From: a virus
Length of the DNA stretch: 64,000 bases
Virus record (IMG/VR): IMGVR_UViG_3300017774_004344
Coordinates: 27,650 to 91,649 of that record
Strand: one strand, 5' to 3'
The translations under genes were made by a program, and so were the position numbers. The notes below the pieces were generated by a model, which made no database searches, had not been told where the DNA came from, and was given only the letters and a program-made list of their open reading frames with translations. This document shows, in pieces, positions 27,973 through 38,785 of this stretch; the stretch's first letter is position 1, and every line of letters begins with the position of its first letter.

Positions 27973-28323
27973 TCAGAGGGGAACTTCATACCCGGACACT
28001 GTGCAAGATGTCGTCGCGCCTGTGTTAGCAGTGCCAGTGCCAGTGCAAACCACTGAAACGACATCTCCCGGGTTTAACATCACAGATACTGAACGTGAAG
28101 CCCCCATGGCCTCCACGGCGGCGGAAACACTTATAAACTCCAATGATAGTACAACATTCGAGTTAACTTTCAGATACGCGAATAAGTTCATGGGGTTGTT
28201 TAAGTTTCCCATAGCACCGGTAATATGAACAACAGCATGAGATATGCCGTTTGGAACAGTGTATACAGTAACTGCTGGGTTGCCAAAGGTAGCGGTAGCT
28301 GCCCCTAATAATCCAATTGCCAT
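27973..28323 (-). CDS. Small beta-rich structural protein
   Basis: VYTVP...LNPGD...VSGYE pattern, within the fibre block. Confidence 0.6.
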   Translation of the reverse strand: MAIGLLGAATATFGNPAVTVYTVPNGISHAVVHITGAMGNLNNPMNLFAYLKVNSNVVLSLEFISVSAAVEAMGASRSVSVMLNPGDVVSVVCTGTGTANTGATTSCTVSGYEVPL

Positions 28324-28351
28324 AATAAAATCTCCTTAGTAAATGTGAAAA

Positions 28352-31300
28352 TCAAGTTTGAGACGAATGGCCGAACCACCCGCCGGGGTCTGGAGATGGT
28401 TGAGACGTTGAGCTACCCCCTGTAGGAACAACTTGGACCCATTGAGTAGAGTTGCTATCGTTATATAGTACATACAGGATACCGGAGTTAGAGTTCCAGT
28501 AAAGAGAACCTTCCGGTAAGCCACTTATTGAAGGTGGGGTGGAGCTTACAATAACGTAAGCCGAGCTACCTCCACCTCCAGACGGCGTAGCCTCAACCCA
28601 CTGAGTGGAATTTCCGTCATTGTAACGAATGAATAGAGTGCCTAGGGTATTATCCCAGTATAGGGAACCGTCAATAGCCCCGTTTGTTGAGTTCCCAGCT
28701 ATAGGTGGAGAAGAACTCACCGGAACTTCGAGCTTAAGTGTCGGAGCCGAGAAGTTAATCCCCAGTCCAGCAGTCAGTAAGTTGAGGTAGAACGATGGGG
28801 AGAAAGTTGGTGCCCCCGAAACCAAGCCATTTATAGTTAGGTTGTTTACGGTTAGCGACTCAAAACTGTTGGGGAACTCGCCCTGATTTTGACTCCCTAT
28901 GTTTGCTATACCAGTTGTGGTATTTGTAGTTAAGTCGGTAATCCCTGCGGGACTAATGAGGTATCCTTCCTGATTATACCCCGTGGCATAAACCTTACCT
29001 CCCCTGTCGTTCGTGAAGTAGTAGTTGAACTGGTTTTGAGCGGACAGTTCGCCTTGGTATGGGGGTAGGGCCTTAGTATAGTTCAAGTAACCCGACCATT
29101 CCCAAGCGTGACCGAACATCCTAACGATTGAAGGTCTTCTGAGCTGAACCCCCCAGTTGGAAAGACCTATAGCGGCCCCGTCAGGAATAAAACCACGCAT
29201 ATCGCTGGAGCTGGCAGGGTTGAGTCTCCTATTCTGGTTCAGGGAAGGTGTCAGAAGTGTGGTAACTTGCGAGGGTGTAAAGCCCATAGCTACCAAGAAC
29301 TGGTAAACACCTCTGTAGTCAGTAGCAGTAGTATACTGTCTGATGATATCTGTATCAGTCGTCCAAGCTGTGGTCAGATTATAACCGCAAGTTGTACTAG
29401 TTTCGTCCCCATCTGTGTCATTATTAAATATAATAATAGGGGCTACATTGCCAAAGAAGTCGTATGCGTTGTAGTCCGAAGCCATGTGGACATAGGACTC
29501 GCTCCAGTGGTACTCATCAAAGATGAGGTCAGAGTTCTGAAGGATACAAGTATAGTGTTTCTTATCTTTTTTAACTGTGTCCCCGGGACGATAGAAATTG
29601 CCGGAAGACCAGTTGTTGGATGGGTTACCCCTTTCAAGAACCAACTGTGCCCTTTTCAGAGAAGGAAGGGTGCCAGGTGGGATGGAAGCAGAGGACGTAA
29701 CCAGGACCACGTTTTCATCGGGTATGGTACCAACAACAGCGTAATCTCCAGGGGTGGTCTGCAAGACGTAGTCCCTAAGCGGAGTCCTAACGGTAGGGTT
29801 ATCGGTAGAAACGTCAATGCTGTACTTTCTACGGTTCTCTGCACGAGTGTCAACAAGACGGCGGATATAGACTCGGTTACCGGCTAGATTTGGTTGAACC
29901 ACTCCGCCAGGGGATGCCTGACCGGGGTAAGTACCCTGCTGGTTGTTCATTCGGGCAGTGATTGAAATCTGATTTGGCATATCAGGATCCCAAGCTATTG
30001 TGTCCAAAGGAGCCCTAAAGTCATACCCGTAAAAGTTCTCTACCCAAAGATAACTACCTGGCTTGAACGTATATTCTTTAGATGCCAAAATCTCAGGAGT
30101 TCCGGGGTATAGCTCCGAGTTAATTAGATCTTCGGTCAGCACGATGGTTAAGGTATTATCGGCAACAAAGGAAGCAACGGTTCCTAAATAAGTCCTGGAG
30201 ATATTGTTTGTATCTTCCTGCAGGTTAGTAGCGACGTTGATGTAAGAAGTGTTCCAATCTGTATCCTGAGGGAAAGCAAACTGTTTGTAACCTTGCGCAA
30301 TACCTGCGCAACCGCCGAACGAGCTGTTGGAGTTGGTGATAGAAATTTCACCACCGGAATGAGTCCAATGGTGAACTCCCTGGCCAATTGCAAACACTGA
30401 TACTTCTTGAATGAAAGCATCATTGATTGCCCGAATGTGGAAGCTGCGCTTTGCAGGGTCCATTCGGATGTTGTTGGGGGTGAGTTCAACGTAAGTGTTG
30501 TACGCAAAAATCGTATTCTCCCAGACCTTAGTAGTTGTACTATACTGCTGCCAGCAAGTTAGGTCTTTTTGTAGTGAAACACCCGTAAACTGGGAAACCA
30601 CCATAGATTTGAATCCAGTTACACCCAGACCATCTGCGTTGATGCCGCAAAGGCCATACTTTGACCTAATCGAACAGTTGAAAATATATGGTGAAGAACC
30701 AATAATTCCATCTGTGGCAGTGTTTGGGCTTGTAAAAGGCTGAGGTGCAACAATCTCAGTTTCTCCAGGGTTGGCGACAAAGTCTGGAACAATCTGCTGA
30801 AAAACGACTTGAACTTTATTATAGTAATTTTCTAGATCAGCATCGGAAACAAAGGAGAAACAATCTAGCAAGTGGTGAGTGAAATTATAGTCTAATTTAT
30901 CTTTGAAAGAGAAGTTGAAAAAGAATGCTCCACCCGTAATACGGAAGATGGCAGCACGATCATCTTCGATGTTGCCTGTGCCCTCGGGTACATATAGGGG
31001 GCGGATGATAGTTTTTCTCAGGTCTTCGCCAATAATCGAAACACCTCGGGGCAGGATTATACCACCTGTCCCAGCACTGTTCATATGCTGTAACTGTAAG
31101 TCAGTCGGCACTTGATTATTGGTCCAGGTTGAAACACTGTTTGAACCAGGGTTATTATCAACAATGTGAACACCTGCTGAGCAGTGAATCACAAACCGGT
31201 CATAAAAGGTTGGGTTAAATCCTGCACCGTTTTGAACACGAGCAACCTCTAATGCAGCTCTACTGATGGTTTTGAAAGGCTTTTGAGCAGTATAGCCAGC

Positions 31301-31885
31301 CTGCGTCATTTGGTTGGTGATAACTGGTACTACCGTGTTATCATAGATCCCGGTTACATAAACGTCGCTACCAATTTGGGAGTTAACATATAGAGTATAA
31401 GTTCCCGTGAGCAAAGCTTCGTCAAGGTCTGCTGGCCCGAAAGAAGCCTGCAACCAAGAGCCACCTACGTTAATGGAGAGATTATTGCTTTCACTGTTCC
31501 AATAAAGACCCCCTTCCGGTGCATCCTCTAGCCCTGTCCCGATTGTAGGTGGAGTCGCAGAAACGGGTAGGGCAGCCTTCAAGTGAACTGCGCCTATACC
31601 TTCCTCCATCAAGCCGAAGCCGGGAACCCTGCCCCAAGATAGAATTCCGGTGGAATTAACGAAGAGCTGACCACCATTTATAGGTGCAGCAGGCCAAACG
31701 TAGGAGTTATATGCAGCAGGGTTATTTGTCCTTACAACTCCGGTCGCCGAAGAGGAGTTGAAGGTGATGGTGCCGTCTAAGGCAATATTGACACCGGCTC
31801 CTGCTTTAACCCCTTGGACTTGTCCGGGTAAAACAGGGCCTTGGCCGCTGTCTCCCATTAGTAGTTGAGCTCTAGTTAATGACAC
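28352..31885 (-). CDS. Large tail fibre / spike protein (1177 aa)
   Basis: PFKTISRA, SSPYIFNCSIRS, GHAWEWSGYLNY; repeated G.LYW...Y.D.NSTQWV modules. Confidence 0.75.
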   Translation of the reverse strand: MSLTRAQLLMGDSGQGPVLPGQVQGVKAGAGVNIALDGTITFNSSSATGVVRTNNPAAYNSYVWPAAPINGGQLFVNSTGILSWGRVPGFGLMEEGIGAVHLKAALPVSATPPTIGTGLEDAPEGGLYWNSESNNLSINVGGSWLQASFGPADLDEALLTGTYTLYVNSQIGSDVYVTGIYDNTVVPVITNQMTQAGYTAQKPFKTISRAALEVARVQNGAGFNPTFYDRFVIHCSAGVHIVDNNPGSNSVSTWTNNQVPTDLQLQHMNSAGTGGIILPRGVSIIGEDLRKTIIRPLYVPEGTGNIEDDRAAIFRITGGAFFFNFSFKDKLDYNFTHHLLDCFSFVSDADLENYYNKVQVVFQQIVPDFVANPGETEIVAPQPFTSPNTATDGIIGSSPYIFNCSIRSKYGLCGINADGLGVTGFKSMVVSQFTGVSLQKDLTCWQQYSTTTKVWENTIFAYNTYVELTPNNIRMDPAKRSFHIRAINDAFIQEVSVFAIGQGVHHWTHSGGEISITNSNSSFGGCAGIAQGYKQFAFPQDTDWNTSYINVATNLQEDTNNISRTYLGTVASFVADNTLTIVLTEDLINSELYPGTPEILASKEYTFKPGSYLWVENFYGYDFRAPLDTIAWDPDMPNQISITARMNNQQGTYPGQASPGGVVQPNLAGNRVYIRRLVDTRAENRRKYSIDVSTDNPTVRTPLRDYVLQTTPGDYAVVGTIPDENVVLVTSSASIPPGTLPSLKRAQLVLERGNPSNNWSSGNFYRPGDTVKKDKKHYTCILQNSDLIFDEYHWSESYVHMASDYNAYDFFGNVAPIIIFNNDTDGDETSTTCGYNLTTAWTTDTDIIRQYTTATDYRGVYQFLVAMGFTPSQVTTLLTPSLNQNRRLNPASSSDMRGFIPDGAAIGLSNWGVQLRRPSIVRMFGHAWEWSGYLNYTKALPPYQGELSAQNQFNYYFTNDRGGKVYATGYNQEGYLISPAGITDLTTNTTTGIANIGSQNQGEFPNSFESLTVNNLTINGLVSGAPTFSPSFYLNLLTAGLGINFSAPTLKLEVPVSSSPPIAGNSTNGAIDGSLYWDNTLGTLFIRYNDGNSTQWVEATPSGGGGSSAYVIVSSTPPSISGLPEGSLYWNSNSGILYVLYNDSNSTQWVQVVPTGGSSTSQPSPDPGGWFGHSSQT

Positions 31886-31926
31886 TGTTTTCAGAACTAA
31901 CGTATATAGTGAACTTTACCCTTTAA

Positions 31927-34900
31927 TCACAACAGGCCTGCTTCGTTAGCCAACGTCAGGACTATGCCAGGACCCCAACGCAAGAAGCTGCTTCCATACT
32001 TACCTTGGTTTGGGCAGAAAATGAATTCGGCGTTTGTAATTACCCTCAAGTTCACAAGAGTATCGGACTGAGGGGCATCCGTGGGATCCAAGAAGGTTAG
32101 AACTGAGTTTTCAACTGTGTAAGAAACTCCCGGAATTTGAACAGCGCCACCCAAACTTAGTAGAAGGTTATCAGCAGTTACAGTAGCTGCGTTTACAACT
32201 TTCCCCCCATACTTCAGAGTGAAAGAGGTCTGAGCCCCATTGAATTCACTGCTGATATCATCGAGGGAATAAACTCCCACAGGGAAAGTTGAACGTAGAG
32301 ACCAGTAGGAGCCAGAACAAATAGCTCTCACGTCGAGAGTAGTGCCCGCAGGAGGTACACCCGTGAAAGAGAATTGAACTGTTGTTGGGGAAGTTCTTTC
32401 TACCGAGTACGAGAATGGTAGAGAAGGGTTCACATTTGAGAGAGGAATTTGCTCAACGCCACCCAAGAAGACAAAAGTGTTGTTAGCAGTGATCTCCAAA
32501 GGTACCAGAGAAGCCGGATCAGACGGAATATTAGCAGTGAAAGTAGTTCTTGCCCCATCGAAGGTTTCAACGAAAGCTAATGTAGCGACCGTTAGAGTTC
32601 GGCTTGAGTCAACGCTAGTTATGATTCGAACGTTGCTCGACAAACCGGCTACGGGGAGAGTTGTGAACTGAATTCTGTTCCCGATAAGTATGTAGTCTTG
32701 GTAAGGTTTTTGAACGGAAGCACCGAGTGTCACTAACATTGACTCTGCAAGCAGCTGATCCGGAGGAATTGCTAAACCACTGCGAGTTAAATCGAAAGTT
32801 GATTGAGAGCCATCGAAACTTGACGAGAAGTCGTCGGCAGAGTAAACAACAACTTGTGAGGGGAATTCAACATAAGGTTGTTCTTCATAGATTTGCTGAT
32901 TGCTCGGGTTTACAATTGGAGCAGTAGATTCGCAATAGTTCGCAGTGAGAGCCTGACGCTGAGGACCAAACTGTACTATTTCTCCCTTGTCGTTAACTCC
33001 TATTACCGTGAGTCTTCCACTCCACGTAGTCGTAGCTTGGTAATCCGTGGCTAACTTTCTCGTGAAGTCGTTACTTTGAAACTCAGGAAGACCCCTAGAA
33101 TAATTGTAGTATCCTGCATAAGCCCAAGTGTGAGTGTTAGCAATTACAATCGAAGGTTGGTTAAACTCCAGGGGCCACTTATCTGTTGTCAATGCATACC
33201 CGTCAATCGGTAAATTCCCGGTTAAAGAAAGTACAGATAGTAAGCGTTCCCCCCAGTATTTCGGGGTTAAGTATGGTTTCATAACAATTTGAGAGTAACC
33301 CATAACTTCGAAGAAACGGTACATGGCTCTCTTCGTGTTAATCCAGTCAGGGTCGTAAAGTTCGGACTGGGGGATTGGATTTGTACTGCAAACTGCGACT
33401 ATGGTTTGTTGAGGCCAATCGTTGCCCGGTAAAGTTGTTGGGTAATAACTATTTTCGTAAGTTAAACGAATACCTCTAACAACCGTTCCATTAAGGTTTA
33501 TCACTCGGATGTACTCAACTCCCGACACAGAGCTCAGTCTCAGTATAGAAACCGTTTGGCGAGGGTTCTCAATATTTACGGAGGATAGAACGGAGAACTC
33601 GACTATTGCGGGACGGTATCTTTGCGGGGTTGGAGTCAAAGTTGCCTGTTGCTCTGACTGGATCTCTATCAATTCTGAAACAGTATAAGTTACCTCACCA
33701 TCCGCCAAATCTTTCAAGCATAGTCCTAATCCCTCGGTGCTATCGTCTCCATCATACACATTCTGAGGAGAGTACGTTGGGTAAGGTTCTGTTGCTCCTC
33801 TGAAATAAGTTTGTTCCAGGTAGCCGTCTAAGGCTAGGTAGGAGTCCGCAGCGTAAGAACCTTGGAAAGTTTCTGAGACTTTGTCTTGTCTTTCTAGAAC
33901 ACTCGTGTCCACGAAAGGCGAGCAGGATTCAACAGGCGCAATAGAGTAAGGTCCGAAGCTATCAGTGAAACTAGAAGCATCTCCGTAATAAACACAACCC
34001 CATAGGTTGTTTTCGGCCGAGTACCAATTTCTATTCCTGTACGTTGTGTAAGAACCAGCAGGAAGGTCAAAGTTCGGACCTTGCCCCCAGGGACGACTGT
34101 AATCTGTAGTCGTAATAGCAACGTAATAAGTAAGGTCCTGGTTGCTGTCTCCTATCACGTAGTTGAATTGGGGAGAAGAACCTTGCCCACCCGTCTCGGT
34201 TGCGTCAACTGTAAAAATTCTCCCCCAGCCACCCAAGATTCCAGGGTCAAATTGCACGTTAGGTCTTAGAGAAACAGACCCTAGTTGCTGACTGGTTTGA
34301 TTCAAGCGCAGAACCGAACCAACTTGGGGCGCGATTGCGTTTGGGAGGGTGTTACGAATGAAAAGACTGTAAGACCTCTCAAAATCGAGTCGTGGGTCTA
34401 TAAATCTTCTAATGTAGGGAACCCCCAAAACTGGAAGAAGACCTTCGTCATTCGGAATAGTGCTGTCTGAGGATCTGAGTCTAATTTTAGCAAAATTGAT
34501 GGGGTCTCCCAAACCTGTTATAATTGTGGGACCGCCATCTGTGGCTAGAAAACCCCTGTAGGTACAAGACTCGGTTTCTACCCATAGTGCAGTGCCAGGT
34601 GCCAATGAATAAGGCAACAAATAGCAAGGTAAGAAGTCCGAGTTCAGCTCGAGAATTTGCGTATTAGGGTCTTCAGGGTCAATATAGATAGCAGAGATTT
34701 TCCCACCGAGAGAGAGGATTTTCTTATTATCTTGGCTCTCTACTTGTGACTTCAGAAGCGCCAAAGGTCTTTGAACACCCTCTAAAACGAAACCCTTTCC
34801 GTTGGGCTTTGCCCCTCCAATGGTGTTAATTCCAAGGAAACCTTCGGTCTTAAAGGCAACTGATCCGAAGTTTGTCGTACTATTTGTTAAGCTACAAATA

Positions 34901-36696
34901 CCGCCATTCAAGGCCCAAACACCGATTGCGGGCCCAATGCTGTAAACCGATTGAAATTGTCCGTAGGCACCGTTCCTTACTCTGAACCCGAAGTGCCGGA
35001 AGTCTCTTTCAATGTCAACAATCCCTATGCTTGCCCCTCCAGGTTCTGTCAGGTTCTTGTAATAGTAGCGTATGTTATTTATCGGTGTTGAGTTGAGCAG
35101 GGAAAGCTGCTCAGAAACAGGAACATCGGCTATTGAAGAGGGACGAAGTTCGACAGGAGTGGACAAGAACTTTGCTTCGGTTAAATTCCACCACTTTTGT
35201 TCGGGTAGTCCGGTAGCAGGGTTCACCAAAGTTGTGTAAATTTCGTACACACAAGGATCATTCTGAAGAGAAATCGCTGTGCAAGCATTCGCAATCACTG
35301 ACTTGAATCCGGAAACTATGGAGCCATCGAAGTCTCCCCAATTCATTCCGTATTCAGATCTCAAGTTAACTTGATTTGCGTAGAAAGACGAGTTTTTAGT
35401 TGTGTTGGATCCTTCGTTATTTGGATAAGCCTCAACCGGACCCACAATCACGTAGTCTCCGCTGTTCACTATACTAGAACCCTCTGTAACTCTGCCACCA
35501 AAGAAGTCTGGAAAAGCTCTTTGTACTTTTGTGAAGTAATCACCAATGTCTGCCAGAGTAGCATTTTCAAAAACTTTCAACCTGTGAGACGACTTGAGTG
35601 TGTTTGTCACTAAAAGTTTAGGAGTTTTACCAGAACCTAAAAGTGGCAAAGCTGTGAATGGAACGTACTCTGACGCAGGGCTTTCGGTTTGAGAGCCGTA
35701 GGAAAGGTAGAAATTGTAAGTGTCTAGAGGTATCGCGTAGTAATTTCCGGCAGCGAAAGTTCCGGTGCTCTGGTCTACTATGGGCTCGAAGCTAACGGAA
35801 ACGATGTCATTGAAGCCGAGGCCATGCGGTCTTTCTGAGCCGAAGACGGCTAGACCGTTTTCATCTAATACTGAAACTACTACTCTAGAAGTTAACTTAT
35901 CAATGACGGAAAAGTCGTTGGCTAAAACATTTCCTCCACACTTAAGGATTGAACTCAAAGGTTGATCTACACCCTGAGAAGCCGGAGGGAAGGACGGGTT
36001 TAAGTAAGTTGGAACGTAAGAAGGCGAAATTATACACTTCTTCAGATCTAAGCCCCGAATTGAAATGCCGAAAGGCACTATAATTCCGCCTTCAACGGGG
36101 TTAAACTGCTGAAGTTGTGAAGTTGTGACCGCTGTTTCTGTTGAAGAGGAGAAATTCACGGTGAAGTCAGTGACACTAACTCCGGGGCCGTTGTTCGCTG
36201 TAATTACTGAGGACGACAGGAAAATTGTGTAGCGGTTGCTCTCGTCCGAAGTTGAAAAACCAGTTAAAACTCGGCTTATATAAATCTTAGATAGCTCAAG
36301 TATTGCACGAGAGAGGGTCTGAAATGGTAGAGCTTGCCCATCATTCCTCAAGGAATCTGTCGAATACTCAAACTCAGGTGCAACGAATACTACGCTACCT
36401 CCACCTCCTAAGAAAGGAGAGGCTATGGTACGCCAGTGTTTCTCAGCGTCACCTACATTTAAGGTTCCATCTTCCAGGTCGTACCACAATTCTCCCTTTT
36501 CAGGAAAGCTAGTTGGAGAGTAAGGCAATACGGCAGGAGGACCCGCTTTAACTATTTGGCCGTCGGTAGCTTCGAAGAAAATGCCCGGTTCTAAGCTATT
36601 CGTATTTAATCCGATTTCGCCGGGGGAGAGGTTTTCTGAAGTTGGACGCTTTCCTGCGATTGAAGAACGCTTCAGGATTATTCGTTTTGCTGACAT
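31927..36696 (-). CDS. Large tail fibre / baseplate-associated protein (1589 aa), paralog of 28352..31885
   Basis: PFQTLSRA, GFKSVIA, THTWAYAGYYNYS; C-terminal DD.S..F.G....F.L repeats. Confidence 0.75.
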   Translation of the reverse strand: MSAKRIILKRSSIAGKRPTSENLSPGEIGLNTNSLEPGIFFEATDGQIVKAGPPAVLPYSPTSFPEKGELWYDLEDGTLNVGDAEKHWRTIASPFLGGGGSVVFVAPEFEYSTDSLRNDGQALPFQTLSRAILELSKIYISRVLTGFSTSDESNRYTIFLSSSVITANNGPGVSVTDFTVNFSSSTETAVTTSQLQQFNPVEGGIIVPFGISIRGLDLKKCIISPSYVPTYLNPSFPPASQGVDQPLSSILKCGGNVLANDFSVIDKLTSRVVVSVLDENGLAVFGSERPHGLGFNDIVSVSFEPIVDQSTGTFAAGNYYAIPLDTYNFYLSYGSQTESPASEYVPFTALPLLGSGKTPKLLVTNTLKSSHRLKVFENATLADIGDYFTKVQRAFPDFFGGRVTEGSSIVNSGDYVIVGPVEAYPNNEGSNTTKNSSFYANQVNLRSEYGMNWGDFDGSIVSGFKSVIANACTAISLQNDPCVYEIYTTLVNPATGLPEQKWWNLTEAKFLSTPVELRPSSIADVPVSEQLSLLNSTPINNIRYYYKNLTEPGGASIGIVDIERDFRHFGFRVRNGAYGQFQSVYSIGPAIGVWALNGGICSLTNSTTNFGSVAFKTEGFLGINTIGGAKPNGKGFVLEGVQRPLALLKSQVESQDNKKILSLGGKISAIYIDPEDPNTQILELNSDFLPCYLLPYSLAPGTALWVETESCTYRGFLATDGGPTIITGLGDPINFAKIRLRSSDSTIPNDEGLLPVLGVPYIRRFIDPRLDFERSYSLFIRNTLPNAIAPQVGSVLRLNQTSQQLGSVSLRPNVQFDPGILGGWGRIFTVDATETGGQGSSPQFNYVIGDSNQDLTYYVAITTTDYSRPWGQGPNFDLPAGSYTTYRNRNWYSAENNLWGCVYYGDASSFTDSFGPYSIAPVESCSPFVDTSVLERQDKVSETFQGSYAADSYLALDGYLEQTYFRGATEPYPTYSPQNVYDGDDSTEGLGLCLKDLADGEVTYTVSELIEIQSEQQATLTPTPQRYRPAIVEFSVLSSVNIENPRQTVSILRLSSVSGVEYIRVINLNGTVVRGIRLTYENSYYPTTLPGNDWPQQTIVAVCSTNPIPQSELYDPDWINTKRAMYRFFEVMGYSQIVMKPYLTPKYWGERLLSVLSLTGNLPIDGYALTTDKWPLEFNQPSIVIANTHTWAYAGYYNYSRGLPEFQSNDFTRKLATDYQATTTWSGRLTVIGVNDKGEIVQFGPQRQALTANYCESTAPIVNPSNQQIYEEQPYVEFPSQVVVYSADDFSSSFDGSQSTFDLTRSGLAIPPDQLLAESMLVTLGASVQKPYQDYILIGNRIQFTTLPVAGLSSNVRIITSVDSSRTLTVATLAFVETFDGARTTFTANIPSDPASLVPLEITANNTFVFLGGVEQIPLSNVNPSLPFSYSVERTSPTTVQFSFTGVPPAGTTLDVRAICSGSYWSLRSTFPVGVYSLDDISSEFNGAQTSFTLKYGGKVVNAATVTADNLLLSLGGAVQIPGVSYTVENSVLTFLDPTDAPQSDTLVNLRVITNAEFIFCPNQGKYGSSFLRWGPGIVLTLANEAGLL

Positions 36697-36749
36697 TTGC
36701 TAAAGAGCTTAAGACTGTGTGCAAAGGCACTACACAGTTTTACCCTAGG

Positions 36750-36911
36750 TCAGAGGTATCTCGCTGCTTCTTTCGCGTCTGAACTCACACCGCTCTTACC
36801 AAGTTTCATGGCCGCATTCAACACTTTGTCTGCTTGTTTTATTTTATCCGGGTTACCTCGAACTTTTTTGTAGAGAGCCATTAGCTCTAAATACTTTTGA
36901 TCGTTTTTCAT
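36750..36911 (-). CDS. Small basic protein, 53 aa (MKNDQKYLELMALYKKVRG...AARYL), not in the ORF track
   Basis: TAATG coupling to the kinase stop; translated by hand. Confidence 0.7.
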   Translation of the reverse strand: MKNDQKYLELMALYKKVRGNPDKIKQADKVLNAAMKLGKSGVSSDAKEAARYL

Positions 36912-38191
36912 TAATTTACGCCTTCGTAGAGTAGGGGGATAATCCGCATTGCATCTTTTTTGCTTACTTTGGACCAGGCACCTTTGTTGTAGGAGCTGAT
37001 GGGCTGGTTTAACTCATGAACCACAAGCTCAGCTATCTCATCCTTGGATAATCCTAGCTTTGCAAGCTCTGCGTATACTTTAGTGCGATTACGAACAACC
37101 TTTTCGAGGTTGGTATTGGTGCCACCCTTAAGAAGGTCTTTTATGGGTTGGGTATAAGCTTTATACTTCCTTCCTTTTCGGTCCCCGGAAAAATCATCTA
37201 AAATTCGTTTTAGTACAACACCTTGAGGAAGCAATTTTCGATCTGCAAGTATGCCAATGGCCTCTGATAGAGCTGCTCTAGGGTCGTCCTGAGAAAGCCC
37301 GAAATCAATGAAGCGAGCTTTCCCCTTATTATCTACAATGACATTTTCTATGTGAGAGTCATTATGGGCAACTCCGCTTTCGTGAAGTCTCCTACGAAGA
37401 AGAAAATAAGCGTCTCCAAGAGTTGTACTTCCGACCTTCGTCCCGTATGCGGGATCATTGTCATCAAAATCTCCTACGGCTTTACCCGGAACCCGTGTCA
37501 TTGCAATTCTTCCTTCGTAGAATTCTATATCCCCTTCTCGCGCCATAACGGTGTATTTGTTGACCTCCGCTGAAACAAACTTCGGAGAAATGTCTTTACC
37601 GTTTAACTTTTCTAGAATTTTAACCTCACTTTCACTCACTTCTCCTCTCTTCACTACAAGAGCCGGTGGTGGTTTAGAGAGCATAACGTTTCCGTAGCTC
37701 CCTGAGCCCAAACCTTTGGCACCAGATTCGTAAGACTGAGACCAGTCATAATCTTTGCCGAATTTGTCGGTAGGAATGAAATCATGGTCAAACTCTCGAG
37801 CGTTCTGTCGATCGTAGAGTACCAAGCGGTCGGCCTCAGTATGCTTTTCCCGAGCATCCATAAGAGCCATTTTAAGTCGTTCGACCCGATCAATCTCCTC
37901 ATCTGTCATAGAGGGTTGGCTGCTCAACTCAGCAAGTTGGCGTTCTGCCTCCCTCTTTAAGACGGGAAAGTCATTGCCAACTTCTCTTTGAGTTAGTGGG
38001 CCCAACCCTAAGGCGTCAATCAGCCTTTGTACAGTCAAACTCGGTTTTTTATCCTCGTTAACCAAACGGAGGAAGATGTCGCCCGCTTCCTCAACCTGCT
38101 TTGATACTTTCGGAGACAAAGTGGCTCTGCATTTAACGTTGCGGTTGATGCAAGTGCCACCGCAGCTTTTTCCTTTCGAGCAGCGCCTCAT
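36911..38191 (-). CDS. Ser/Thr protein-kinase-fold protein with N-terminal Cys4 motif
   Basis: GSGSYG loop, VVKR lysine, HNDSHIEN catalytic loop, DFG. Confidence 0.85.
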   Translation of the reverse strand: MRRCSKGKSCGGTCINRNVKCRATLSPKVSKQVEEAGDIFLRLVNEDKKPSLTVQRLIDALGLGPLTQREVGNDFPVLKREAERQLAELSSQPSMTDEEIDRVERLKMALMDAREKHTEADRLVLYDRQNAREFDHDFIPTDKFGKDYDWSQSYESGAKGLGSGSYGNVMLSKPPPALVVKRGEVSESEVKILEKLNGKDISPKFVSAEVNKYTVMAREGDIEFYEGRIAMTRVPGKAVGDFDDNDPAYGTKVGSTTLGDAYFLLRRRLHESGVAHNDSHIENVIVDNKGKARFIDFGLSQDDPRAALSEAIGILADRKLLPQGVVLKRILDDFSGDRKGRKYKAYTQPIKDLLKGGTNTNLEKVVRNRTKVYAELAKLGLSKDEIAELVVHELNQPISSYNKGAWSKVSKKDAMRIIPLLYEGVN

Positions 38192-38202
38192 TGTGTCTCC
38201 TC

Positions 38203-38709
38203 TCAGGCTTTGCCTTTACGACCGTTACGCGTAAAGTCAAACTCACCTTCTCCCATAGACTCACTGAAGTCCTGAAGAAGCTCTTGTAAACGGTTAATGC
38301 GAGAGTTTACTGAATCCAGTTGCTCTGTGTAAGAAGTTCCCATACCGGCAGCAATGTTGTGGTCGTCTGTTTTCTTTCGAGCAAGGTCAACTGTGGCCAT
38401 TTTTGCATCGATTTCTTCACGCTCTTTTACAAGTTTCTTGACAGATGCCATTTGATTCTGCAACTGTTGAAAAGCTCCTCTCTGACGGGAAAGTTTCATT
38501 GCTTGGTTGAGTGAGTCAATCTTAGAAGAGATGGCCTCGTGCCTTTCTCCCATGGCTTCATACTCACCGAAACTCGGCCTTAACGTGGAAACAGTTTCGG
38601 GTTCCATAACAGTATTCCTGTAATAATCCGTGGGCATGTGAGTGAACCCTTCGATTTGCAACTCTTGTTCTGAGAAAGTATCTAAGTCTAAGGGTCTTGG
38701 GTTATACAT
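38203..38709 (-). CDS. Coiled-coil hypothetical protein (putative head-internal/scaffold)
   Basis: Heptad-rich; several F/Y-x-E motifs; GGGTAAGT upstream. Confidence 0.7.
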   Translation of the reverse strand: MYNPRPLDLDTFSEQELQIEGFTHMPTDYYRNTVMEPETVSTLRPSFGEYEAMGERHEAISSKIDSLNQAMKLSRQRGAFQQLQNQMASVKKLVKEREEIDAKMATVDLARKKTDDHNIAAGMGTSYTEQLDSVNSRINRLQELLQDFSESMGEGEFDFTRNGRKGKA

Positions 38710-38785
38710 TTGCCAAGTAGGGGAGTATGTCTGTTAATTGTAACTTACCCTTTTCTTCGTATTAGCGCCTACGTTGTAAGTAGCT

